DNA from: an uncultured Candidatus Binatia bacterium
GTDB taxonomy: Bacteria > Desulfobacterota > Binatia > UBA9968 > JAJDTQ01
DNA: 64,000 nt
Assembly: GCA_965213675.1 (NCBI GenBank)
Contig: OZ243916.1
Span: forward strand, 2,592,001 to 2,656,000
Reading direction: 5' to 3'
Position numbers and translations under genes: made by a program. Numbering within the stretch: the stretch's first letter is position 1; each line of letters starts with the position of its first letter. Positions 51,962 to 60,076 of the stretch are shown here, piece after piece. The notes beneath the pieces are model-generated. The model had not been told where the DNA came from. It did not search any database and worked only from the letters and a program-made list of their open reading frames with translations.

Positions 51962-53482
51962 GTGACCTTCATCAGACCGACGCTGGAGCAGATGCGGGCC
52001 GTGGCCGGCGATCTCGGCATTGATTTGTCGGACGACGAACTGGCCGGTTATCTGGAGCGGATGGAAGGACTCTCCCGCGCCTATGCGGCGGTGGACGAGG
52101 AACCGGAACCGGCGCCGACGGCTCGGCGGCGCTCCTGGCAACGCCCGGAGCCGGATCTGAACCGCTGCAACGCCTGGTTCGTGAAGACGTCCATCCGGGA
52201 AGCGTACCGCGGCCGGCTCGCGGGCAAAACCCTGGCGGTGAAGGACTCCATCTGCGTGGCAGGGTTGCCCACGATGAACGGCGCCTCGTTCGTCGTGGGC
52301 TACGTACCCGACGTCGACGCCACCGTGGTCACCCGGGCGCTCCGCGCCGGCGCCGAGATCGTCGGCAAGACCAACTGCGAGTACCTGTCCCTCTCGGGCG
52401 GCAGCCATAGCGGCGCCAATGGACCCGTCATCAATCCGCACAAGGCCGGCTATTCCGCGGGCGGCTCGTCATCGGGCAGCGCCGCGGCCGTAGCGGCCGG
52501 CGACGCGGACATGGCCTTGGGTTGCGACCAAGCCGGTTCCATCCGGGTGCCAGCGGCCTGGTGTGGCATCATCGGGCTCAAGCCCAGCCACGGGCTGGTC
52601 CCGTACACCGGCATCCTGGGCCTCGACCCGGCCGTGGACCACTGCGGCCCCATGACCCGGGACGTGGACACCAACGCCCTGCTGCTGGAGGTGCTGGCCG
52701 GACGCGACGGCATGGACCCGCGTCAACCCGGCTCATGGCAACCGGTGCGATACACCCGCGCGCGCCGGGCCGGCGCCAAGGGCTTGCGAGTGGCCGTGGT
52801 AAAGGAAGGCTTCGGACACCGCAACGCGGAAGCCGAGGTAGACGAGAGCGTGCAGGCCGCGGCCGGCGCCTTGGCTGCCGCCGGTCTCGATGTCGCCGAG
52901 GTATCGGCGCCCGTTCACAAACGGGCTTGGCTGCTGGCCCAGCCCATCTACGTCGAGAGCCTAGCCCGCTCACTGGGCATGTGCGGCATCATGCCCGGCG
53001 CGGAGGGTCTCGGCTCGTCAAGCCCTGCCGAGCCCTTCGCCGCCTGGCGTCAACGCTGGCGGGAGCTGCCCGAGAACGTGATGGCCCTGCTCCTGTTCGG
53101 CGGCTTCGTGCGGCGCCGCCACCCGGGACGCTACTACGTCAAGGCGCAACAGCTTCGCCGCGCCATCCGCCGGGGCTATGACGAGGTCTTCGCCGATCAC
53201 GACCTGTTGCTCATGCCCACCACGCCCATGGCAGCCACACCCCTGCCCACCGCCGGCGCCGATGCCGCCGAGCGCGCGCGGCGCGCCAGCGAAATGCTGG
53301 CCAACACCGGCCCTTTCAACGTCACCGGCCACCCGGCCATCTCTCTGCCCTGCGGCGCCACCAAGGACGGCCGGCCCGTGGGAATGATGCTGGTGGGCCG
53401 GCTCTTTGACGAGGTCACGATCTATCGAGCCGCGTATGCGTTCGAGGAGGTGCGACGAAAGACGAACCCGCGCTTGCCGTGA
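51962..53482 (+). CDS. Amidase (amidase-signature family)
   Basis: AVKDSI, GGSSSGS, GCDQAGSIRVPA. Confidence 0.92.
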   Translation: MTFIRPTLEQMRAVAGDLGIDLSDDELAGYLERMEGLSRAYAAVDEEPEPAPTARRRSWQRPEPDLNRCNAWFVKTSIREAYRGRLAGKTLAVKDSICVAGLPTMNGASFVVGYVPDVDATVVTRALRAGAEIVGKTNCEYLSLSGGSHSGANGPVINPHKAGYSAGGSSSGSAAAVAAGDADMALGCDQAGSIRVPAAWCGIIGLKPSHGLVPYTGILGLDPAVDHCGPMTRDVDTNALLLEVLAGRDGMDPRQPGSWQPVRYTRARRAGAKGLRVAVVKEGFGHRNAEAEVDESVQAAAGALAAAGLDVAEVSAPVHKRAWLLAQPIYVESLARSLGMCGIMPGAEGLGSSSPAEPFAAWRQRWRELPENVMALLLFGGFVRRRHPGRYYVKAQQLRRAIRRGYDEVFADHDLLLMPTTPMAATPLPTAGADAAERARRASEMLANTGPFNVTGHPAISLPCGATKDGRPVGMMLVGRLFDEVTIYRAAYAFEEVRRKTNPRLP

Positions 53483-53661
53483 GAGCCCCAGCCGTGAACG
53501 GGGCTGGCTGGGTTGCGGCCGAGCCCCTCGCCCGCGGCCGTTCGGATGTCCATGGTCACAGGCTGCCTCCCGTTTGCTCAGAATCGAAAGTCGCCGCGAA
53601 AGGACCGTTGCCAGCGCCGCGTGGCTGGTTTTTGGCGGCGTCTGTATGTTTTCAAAACAAC

Positions 53662-53691
53662 TTGACAACGGCCGGGCGTGTCGAGTACGGT
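53662..53691 (+). promoter_or_regulatory. Sigma70-like promoter for the leader RNA / NYN gene
   Basis: TTGACA (53662-53667), 18-nt spacer, TACGGT (53686-53691). Confidence 0.55.
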
Positions 53692-53696
53692 AGCCA

Positions 53697-53762
53697 ACTA
53701 CTCCCCCTGTTCGCTTCGGCGACAGGGCGCAAGGCTGCCGCAAGGCAGCCTTAGCTTTTTTT
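53697..53762 (+). ncRNA. Putative small structured leader RNA ending in an intrinsic terminator
   Basis: Hairpin 1 53705-53727 with C(UUCG)G tetraloop; hairpin 2 53731-53752 (9-bp stem, GCAA loop) followed by T7. Confidence 0.55.
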
Positions 53763-53774
53763 GGGCCGGCACTC

Positions 53775-54398
53775 ATCCGTACCAACATCTATATCGACGG
53801 TTTTAATCTCTACTATCGTGCGCTTCGGGGTACGCCTTACCGTTGGCTCGATATTGGGAGGCTGGCGCGGACCCTGCTTTCCCGTCATCACATATGCCGG
53901 ATACGGTACTTCACCGCCTTGGTCGCCAACCGCGCTGGCGACTCCACCCAGGCGCAACGGCAACAGGCTTACATCCGCGCCTTGCAGACCATACCCGACT
54001 TGACCATCCATTACGGCCATTTCCTTGCGAAAACCAAGCGGAGACCGCTCGCTCGCCAACCAAATACCGGCCCACGCACCGTCGAGATACTGGACACCGA
54101 GGAGAAGGGTTCAGACGTCAATCTCGCCTCCTACCTGTTGCTGGACGGCTTTGAAGGAGAATACGAGATGGCCGTCGTGATCTCCAACGACTCCGACCTG
54201 GAACTTCCCGTCCGAATGGCACGGACCAAGCTCGGAAAGGAGGTAGGAGTCTTCGACCCGAGCCGCAGACGGAGCTTTCAGTTGCACGACGCGGCGTCTT
54301 GGTACAGACCGCTACGCGAGGGTCCACTGCGCGCCAGTCTTTTCCCTGATACCGTCCGGGACGCGCATGGCTCCATAACCAAACCAGCAGGCTGGTAG
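53775..54398 (+). CDS. NYN (LabA/DUF88, PIN-fold) ribonuclease; apparent ATC start
   Basis: In-frame IRTNIYIDGFNLYY upstream of the ORF-track start; EEKGSDVNLA and VISNDSDL acidic motifs; no ATG/GTG/TTG in frame between the stop at 53691 and 53919. Confidence 0.85.
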   Translation: MRTNIYIDGFNLYYRALRGTPYRWLDIGRLARTLLSRHHICRIRYFTALVANRAGDSTQAQRQQAYIRALQTIPDLTIHYGHFLAKTKRRPLARQPNTGPRTVEILDTEEKGSDVNLASYLLLDGFEGEYEMAVVISNDSDLELPVRMARTKLGKEVGVFDPSRRRSFQLHDAASWYRPLREGPLRASLFPDTVRDAHGSITKPAGW

Positions 54399-54507
54399 GC
54401 CAACGTGTTCAAGAAGATAGCTTCAATCTACGGTTGCGCCTTCTCCGGAGGCACCGTGTAACGCCTGCCAAAGGACCCCGATTGGATCGAGGGTTCTTCA
54501 AGATACG

Positions 54508-54791
54508 TCACAACGACAGCGGCGGGTCCCGGAAGACCTCTTTGCGGTGCCATTGAACGAAGTCGGGGTCGGGGTCCAAGGTTCGATTCTTCGGCGGGCG
54601 CAACCGCTTGCCATGGAAGTCATCGAACAATTCCGAGGGGTTGACGTCGCTGGAGACGAGTATCCTGAAGTCGTCGTCCACGGGATCGAGGCCGAGGGCG
54701 CCGCGGTCGAACAGCTTGTGGTCGGACCAGCACAAGGCCAACCCGTTGAACACTTCATCCGGGCCGCCCGCGGCATGCCACTTGATATGCG
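54508..54791 (-). pseudogene. C-terminal fragment of an HNH restriction endonuclease (resembles PT-DNA-directed SBD-HNH family), cut by IS3
   Basis: (A)HIKWHAAGGPDEVFNGLALC..DHKLFDRG...WHRKEVF; the frame runs directly into the IS left end. Confidence 0.75.
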
Positions 54792-54854
54792 TGGTCTTAC
54801 CCGGGTTTGGTGGACATCTGATAAGAGGCGAAGATGGCCTCGGAGGTGACGACC

Positions 54855-55142
54855 ATGACACGGAAGAGACGGAAGTTTTCGAAGGAGTTCAAGCAGGAAA
54901 CGGTCAAGCTGGTCAAGGAAGGACCGCGCTCGGTGGGAGAAGTCGCGCGTGATTTGGACTTGACGGAATCGGCGGTACGCAACTGGGTGCGGCAGTTCGA
55001 CGTGGACGCTGGTGTGCGCGAGGGGGTGAGCACGGGCGAGCTCGAGGAGGTACGCCAGCTGCGGTCGGAGAACCGGCAGCTACGGATGGAGCGCGACATC
55101 CTAAAAAAAGCGACGGCCTTCTTCGCCAAGGAATCGATGTGA
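54855..55142 (+). CDS. IS3 transposase OrfA
   Basis: RRKFSKEFK HTH, ERDILKKATAFF. Confidence 0.9.
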   Translation: MTRKRRKFSKEFKQETVKLVKEGPRSVGEVARDLDLTESAVRNWVRQFDVDAGVREGVSTGELEEVRQLRSENRQLRMERDILKKATAFFAKESM

Positions 55143-56002
55143 GGTTCGCGTTCATCGAGGCGGAGAAGGCCAGATTTCCCGTGACCATGATGTGCCGGCT
55201 GCTTGAGGTTTCTCGAAGCGGGTTCTACGCTTCGCGTGGGCGTCGTGAGAGCACGCGGGCAGGGGAGGACCGCCGCTTGCTGGTCCACATCAAGGCGAGC
55301 CACACGGCGTCGCGTGGGACCTACGGCAGCCCGCGGGTGCACCGGGACCTGGTCGAGGACGGCGTGGCAGTCGGACGGCACCGCGTAGCGCGTCTGATGC
55401 GCCAGGAGGGCCTTCGCTCCAAGCGCCGGCGCCGCTACCGGGTGACCACCCACTCGGACCATCACCACCCGGTGGCAGCCAACGTGCTGGAGCGCGACTT
55501 CACCGCCGATGCCGAGAACTGCAAGTGGGCAGCGGACATCACCTACGTGTGGACGCGCTGTGGCTGGTTGTACCTGGCGGTGGTGCTTGACCTGTACTCC
55601 CGCCGGGTGGTCGGATGGGCGATGTCCAATCGCCTCACACGGGAACTCGCGTTGAACGCCTTGGGCATGGCTCTGACCCACCGGCCTCGGCCCGAGCTGC
55701 TGCTGCACCACTCTGACCGCGGCAGTCAATACGCTTCGGCCGACTACTGGCGCCTGCTCGATGCCCACGGCATCCAATGCTCCATGAGCCGGCGCGCCAA
55801 CTGCTGGGACAACGCCGTCGTGGAGAGCTTCTTTGCTACCCTGAAGACCGAGCTTATCCACCACGTCGACTACCCCACTCCAGCCGAGGCAAGGGCCGCG
55901 ATCTTCGAGTTCATCGAGGTGTTCTACAATCGGCAACGTCGCCACTCCACCCTCGGCTACCAGACATCAGCTGGCTTCGAACGGATGGCACCGGCAGCTT
56001 AA
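55139..56002 (+). CDS. IS3 transposase OrfB (DDE)
   Basis: WAADITY, HSDRGSQY, DNAVVESFF. Confidence 0.92.
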   Translation: MRFAFIEAEKARFPVTMMCRLLEVSRSGFYASRGRRESTRAGEDRRLLVHIKASHTASRGTYGSPRVHRDLVEDGVAVGRHRVARLMRQEGLRSKRRRRYRVTTHSDHHHPVAANVLERDFTADAENCKWAADITYVWTRCGWLYLAVVLDLYSRRVVGWAMSNRLTRELALNALGMALTHRPRPELLLHHSDRGSQYASADYWRLLDAHGIQCSMSRRANCWDNAVVESFFATLKTELIHHVDYPTPAEARAAIFEFIEVFYNRQRRHSTLGYQTSAGFERMAPAA

Positions 56003-56036
56003 CTAATCTGTCCACCAAACCCGGGGAACGCCAGCA

Positions 56037-56601
56037 TGTACCTGGTGGCGGTGATGGACTGGGCCACCCGCCGGGTGCTCTCCTGGCGGCTGTCGAACAC
56101 CCTCGATGCCCGCTTCTGTGTCGAGGCCCTCTCAGAGGCTCTGGAACGCTACGGTCCTCCCGAGATCTTCAACACGGACCAAGGCAGCCAGTTCACCAGC
56201 CTGGAGTTCACCTCCGTGCTCAAGGACGCCGGCATTGCCATCTCCATGGACGGCAGGGGCCGGTGCATGGACAACATCTTCATCGAGCGCCTGTGGCGCT
56301 CCCTCAAGTACGAGGCCGTCTACCTGCACGAGTTGACCGACGGCTTCGCCGCCCAAAGGGCCATCGCCAACTGGCTCCACTTCTACAACACCCAAAGACC
56401 TCATTCCGCCCTCGCCGGCTCCACCCCGGCGGAGGCCTACGAACCAGGACTCCACAGGCCGGACCTCACACCCCGCCCGCCCCTCTGACAGTTCCATCGG
56501 AACACGAAGACGTGATAAACGGGACCTTGGCGGCATGATCGATCGTCTGGAATACACCTTAACTCCGCCGCCTTCCTGTCCTACAAACCAGGACCACCTC
56601 A
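56037..56601 (+). mobile_element. 3' remnant of IS3-family element B (partial orfB plus right IR)
   Basis: Near-identical to the reverse complement of 57074-57642; ends ...ggaccacctca; a small indel shifts the orfB tail (stop 56488). Confidence 0.9.
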
Positions 56602-56740
56602 GTCCGTGCCCGCCCAGTCGTCCACGGCATCCGGAAGAAGCAGCTGCTGCGAACGATCATCGCCTGGAATGTGTGTCATGTCCCCATCATACCAAACTCG
56701 CCCGCTCCCCGTGATGGCAGGTCGAGTTCTCACACGGGCT
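56602..56740 (-). mobile_element. Left-end remnant of an IS1182-family element
   Basis: ATG 56679 gives MTHIPGDDRSQQLLLPDAVDDW (IS1182-type N-terminus), cut by element B; terminal agcccgtgtgagaactc next to a hairpin. Confidence 0.65.
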
Positions 56741-56744
56741 ATGC

Positions 56745-56769
56745 GCCGGGACCCCAACGGGGTCCCGGC
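56745..56769 (-). terminator. Strong hairpin downstream of the zinc-ribbon gene
   Basis: gccgggacccc-aac-ggggtcccggc, 11-bp perfect stem; no U-tract, possibly lost to the IS insertion. Confidence 0.55.
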
Positions 56770-56775
56770 CTCTGT

Positions 56776-56925
56776 CTAACACCGATTGTACGTTGTACTC
56801 TGGCCGCGACCGCAGTTGCCACAGGGCGGCAATCGGTCATCGGGGTCGTTCAGATACACACTCCAGTTGCAGTTGGTGCAGCAATATCTACCTATACCGG
56901 GTTTCTCGCCAATGTTGTAAGCCAC
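56776..56925 (-). CDS. 49-aa zinc-ribbon protein (YjzC/DUF1451-like)
   Basis: AGGAGG RBS, GTG 56925; GEKPGIGRYCCTNC...LPPCGNC. Confidence 0.75.
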   Translation of the reverse strand: MAYNIGEKPGIGRYCCTNCNWSVYLNDPDDRLPPCGNCGRGQSTTYNRC

Positions 56926-57136
56926 TGAGAACCTCCTATTCGTCACTTCTCCCCCAAGATAACGGGGTGCCTCCGGCCTTGACCAGGGAGTTGTAAGTGC
57001 GCCACAAGGTGGGTTGACCTTCGTCCCTAGGGTGTGGAAACGCCAAGTCATGTGCATCTAGCACTTCTTCTTGTGAGGTGATCCTGGTTTGTAGGACAGG
57101 AAGGCGGCGGAGATAAGGTGTATTCCAGACGATCGA

Positions 57137-58060
57137 TCATGCCGCCAAGGTCCCGTTTATCAGGTCTTCGTGTTCCGAAGGAACTGTCAGAGGGGCGGGC
57201 GGGGTGTGAGGTCCGGCCTGCCTCTGGAGTCCTCGTTCGTAGGCCTCCGCCGGGGTGGAGCCGGCGAGGGCGGAATGAGGTCTTTGGGTGTTGTAGAAGT
57301 GGAGCCAGTTGGCGATGGTCCTTTGGGCGGCGAAGCCGTCGGTCAGCTCGTGCAGGTAGACGGCCTCGTACTTGAGGGAGCGCCACAGGCGCTCGATGAA
57401 GATGTTGTCCATGCACCGGCCCCTGCCGTCCATGGAGATGGCAATGCCGGCGTCCTTGAGCACGGAGGTGAACTCCAGGCTGGTGAACTGGCTGCCTTGG
57501 TCCGTGTTGAAGATCTCGGGAGGACCGTAGCGTTCCAGAGCCTCTGAGAGGGCCTCGACACAGAAGCGGGCATCGAGGGTGTTCGACAGCCTCCAGGAGA
57601 GCACCCGGCGGGTGGCCCAGTCCATGACCGCCACCAGGTACAGGAAGCCACTCTGGACAGGGATATAGGTGATGTCGGAGGTCCACACGTGATTGGGCCG
57701 TTCGATGGCGACGCCCTTGAGCCGATAGGGATAGACCCGGTGCTCGGGGTGCGGTCGGGTGGTGCGCGGCGCCTGGTAGATGGCCTGGAGCCCCATCAGG
57801 CGCATCAGACGCCGCACCCGGTGACGACCCACTCGGACTCGCTCCCGCCACAGATGGCGGACCATCTGGCGGCTGCCGTAGAAGGGGTACTCCAGGAACA
57901 GCTCATCGATCCGGCGCATCAACGCCAGATTCTCCGCGCTCTCGCCCTTGGGCCTGTGGTACACAGAGGATCGGCTCACTCGAAGCAGATGGCATTGACG
58001 GCTCAAGCTGAGCTTGGGATGGCCGGGCTCGATCATCCCCCGGCGCTTCTCCCGGCTCAC
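57137..58060 (-). CDS. IS3 transposase OrfB
   Basis: PFYGSRQM, WTSDITY, NTDQGSQF, DNIFIERLWRSLKYE. Confidence 0.92.
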   Translation of the reverse strand: MSREKRRGMIEPGHPKLSLSRQCHLLRVSRSSVYHRPKGESAENLALMRRIDELFLEYPFYGSRQMVRHLWRERVRVGRHRVRRLMRLMGLQAIYQAPRTTRPHPEHRVYPYRLKGVAIERPNHVWTSDITYIPVQSGFLYLVAVMDWATRRVLSWRLSNTLDARFCVEALSEALERYGPPEIFNTDQGSQFTSLEFTSVLKDAGIAISMDGRGRCMDNIFIERLWRSLKYEAVYLHELTDGFAAQRTIANWLHFYNTQRPHSALAGSTPAEAYERGLQRQAGPHTPPAPLTVPSEHEDLINGTLAA

Positions 58061-58338
58061 CACTTGAGCCCCTTGGCCAAAAAATCCCGCTCCACCGTCA
58101 GCTCCCCGATCTTCGCGTGCAGGTCCCGGACCTCCCCCTCGTGGTCTCCTCGTGCCCGCTCGGCTCCCTTCGAGAACACCTCCTTCATCCCCTCCACCGC
58201 ACGCTGCTTCCACGTGCTCACTTGGTTCGGATGGACCTTGTGCCGCGACGCGAGCTCCTGGATCGTCTTGTCTCCGCGCAGCGCCTCCAGCGCTACCTTC
58301 GCCTTGAACTCTCCGCTGAACCGTCGTCGTGTCCTCAT
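58057..58338 (-). CDS. IS3 transposase OrfA
   Basis: RRRFSGEFKAKVALEA, KIGELTVERDFL. Confidence 0.9.
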   Translation of the reverse strand: MRTRRRFSGEFKAKVALEALRGDKTIQELASRHKVHPNQVSTWKQRAVEGMKEVFSKGAERARGDHEGEVRDLHAKIGELTVERDFLAKGLKW

Positions 58339-58371
58339 TGCGTATCCCTCCCTGAGTCGGTGGAATACACC

Positions 58372-58509
58372 TTAGCTACCTGTCCGTTTTTCCGGGACCA
58401 CCTCATTGATCGGCTTGGGGGCCGATCGCTTATGAGCCTTGACGGTTACCGGTTTCGGTCCCGGCTTTTTGCCTGTCCTCGTTGGGCGGCAAACCACCTT
58501 CTTGGCCAT
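58372..58509 (-). CDS. Small Lys/Pro-rich basic peptide whose last codons were displaced by IS element B
   Basis: RBS aaggaggt; MAKKVVCRPTRTGKKPGPKPVTVKAHKRSAPKPI|NEVVPEKRTGS*. Removing the IS restores ...PKPIKKKC* (stop at 57058-57060). Confidence 0.6.
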   Translation of the reverse strand: MAKKVVCRPTRTGKKPGPKPVTVKAHKRSAPKPINEVVPEKRTGS

Positions 58510-58737
58510 ACGCACCACCTCCTTCCTATAGGGAATTGAGGCGAGGGTTACCTAACGCTTCCCGACGACGCCCGGTAGAGGTCGCGGCGGGTTTCTCAAC
58601 CTCCGCCATTTCAAGCTGAGGCAGGACCGACCTCCCCAAACACCGGCTCATTCACCTCATCCTCTGTAAATCATCCACCCGATTCCTCGCATGATGGTCT
58701 TCTCATTGGCGATATCGCCAGGTATACTTTGGCTACT

Positions 58738-58798
58738 AAGGTAAGGTATGGCCTCAATGATGTCAATACTCGACACGCAATATATGTCTAACTCGACA
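58738..58798 (-). promoter_or_regulatory. Divergent sigma70 promoter plus candidate operator repeats
   Basis: Minus-strand TTGACA (58766-58761), 17 nt, TACCTT (58743-58738); direct repeat ACTCGACA at 58768 and 58791. Confidence 0.55.
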
Positions 58799-58802
58799 TA
58801 CT

Positions 58803-59153
58803 ATGGCCTCTCCTTCTGAAATCTTTCGGCAGCGTTTGAGGGCGGCCAGGGGTACACGCGACTGGAGTCAAAGCGATTTGGCCCAGCGCGCTGGCTTGCC
58901 GCCTAGTTCGATAGCGCACTTTGAAACCGGATCACGCAAGCCATCTTTCGACACCTTGCGGCGACTCGCTAGTGCATTGGAAGTTACGACCGATTACCTT
59001 TTGGGAAGAGTCGAGGAACCTGGTCTTGCCGAAGCCGGAGACCCGTTATTCCGAGATATCGGTAATCTCACCGGCAGCGACCGCGAACTAGCCAGGGACT
59101 TCCTCAAGATGTTGGCGGACCGCAACGCAGCCAAACACAAGGAAGGCAAATGA
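58803..59153 (+). CDS. XRE-family HTH transcriptional regulator
   Basis: WSQSDLAQRAGL..SSIAHFETGSRKPS..TL..LA.AL.VTTDYLLG. Confidence 0.92.
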   Translation: MASPSEIFRQRLRAARGTRDWSQSDLAQRAGLPPSSIAHFETGSRKPSFDTLRRLASALEVTTDYLLGRVEEPGLAEAGDPLFRDIGNLTGSDRELARDFLKMLADRNAAKHKEGK

Positions 59154-60013
59154 GTGTGGCGTTTGGTCTGGAGATGGCCGAAAGGGAAGGGGAAGCCATA
59201 GTCGGTAGGCTAGGCATTCATTCCCTGCCCATAGATCCTATCGAGATTGCGAAACACCACGGCATCGCGGTTGAACCAAAACCCGACGCCGCTGAGGGTG
59301 TGTCCGGAATGCTCCTTCGTCACGGCGACACCTTTGGGATTCTCTATGCCACTCACATCGCAAGCAAGGGTTTCCAGAGGTTCAGCATAGCCCATGAGCT
59401 TGGGCATTATTTCCTTGATGGACACATAGATCATGTCCTCAAAGACGGCCCTCACAGCTCAAATGCAGGTTTCTCTTCCCCCAACCCTTACGAACGGGAA
59501 GCCGACAGTTTTGCGGCTGGCCTGCTGATGCCGGGTCACCTATTCCGCAAAGAGCTGAACCAAGAAGCCCCAGGGCTAGCTACAATTGAGGCATTGGCCG
59601 ATCTCTGTCAGACATCCCTAACAGCGACTGCAATTCGGTACGCCAAATTGACCGAAGACGCGGTCGCCGTGGTCGTGAGTACCGGCAAAGCCATCAATTT
59701 TTGTCGGCTCTCGGATGCCATGACGTCGTTGGCTGAGATCACATGGCCAAAAAAGGGCGATCTTGTTCCGTATGGCACCGCTACTGCGGACATCAATGCC
59801 GATCCTGCCCGGGTCGCCCTGTTGGACCGCGCAGAAGCGGAAATCGACATCCTGGACTGGTTGGGCGGTCAACGGTCCGTGCAAGGGACAGAACAGGTCA
59901 TGGGACTCGGCAGCTACGGCAGGACCCTTACTGTTCTTTCTGTAGATGACATGTGTGAAGAGGACGAAGAAGAAAGCCTAACCGAGAGTTGGACTCCACG
60001 TTTGCGTCGATAA
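59150..60013 (+). CDS. ImmA/IrrE-family Zn metallopeptidase
   Basis: RFSIAHELGHY (HExxH), EREADSFAAGLLMP, SLTATAIR; ATGA coupling to the XRE gene. Confidence 0.92.
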   Translation: MSVAFGLEMAEREGEAIVGRLGIHSLPIDPIEIAKHHGIAVEPKPDAAEGVSGMLLRHGDTFGILYATHIASKGFQRFSIAHELGHYFLDGHIDHVLKDGPHSSNAGFSSPNPYEREADSFAAGLLMPGHLFRKELNQEAPGLATIEALADLCQTSLTATAIRYAKLTEDAVAVVVSTGKAINFCRLSDAMTSLAEITWPKKGDLVPYGTATADINADPARVALLDRAEAEIDILDWLGGQRSVQGTEQVMGLGSYGRTLTVLSVDDMCEEDEEESLTESWTPRLRR

Positions 60014-60076
60014 GCTCGCGCGGGCTTGGGCGTGACGCGGTCATCACTGCTTTGAATAGCGCACGGAGTCTATCCA

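Larger units (their letters stand above)
54792..56033 (+). mobile_element. IS3-family insertion sequence (element A), complete
   Basis: IRL tggtcttacccgggtttggtggaca and IRR tgtccaccaaacccggggaacgcca (TG...CA); orfA/orfB with an A7G slippery site near 55103; flanks (gcg / gca) are not a direct repeat. Confidence 0.92.
57074..58405 (-). mobile_element. IS3-family element B, complete, with 3-bp target duplication TTG
   Basis: IRs tgaggtgatcctggttt / ccgggaccacctca; TTG at 57071-57073 and 58406-58408. Confidence 0.93.

Noticed and set aside
51720-51965. Short frame ending in a GTGA overlap with the amidase (…GFIDEVDVRNLRREAD…)
   Set aside because: May be a gene remnant, but it is too short to assign and has no start or recognisable motif.
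54789-56036. Target-site duplication for IS3 element A
   Set aside because: Flanks gcg and gca differ and belong to unrelated genes.
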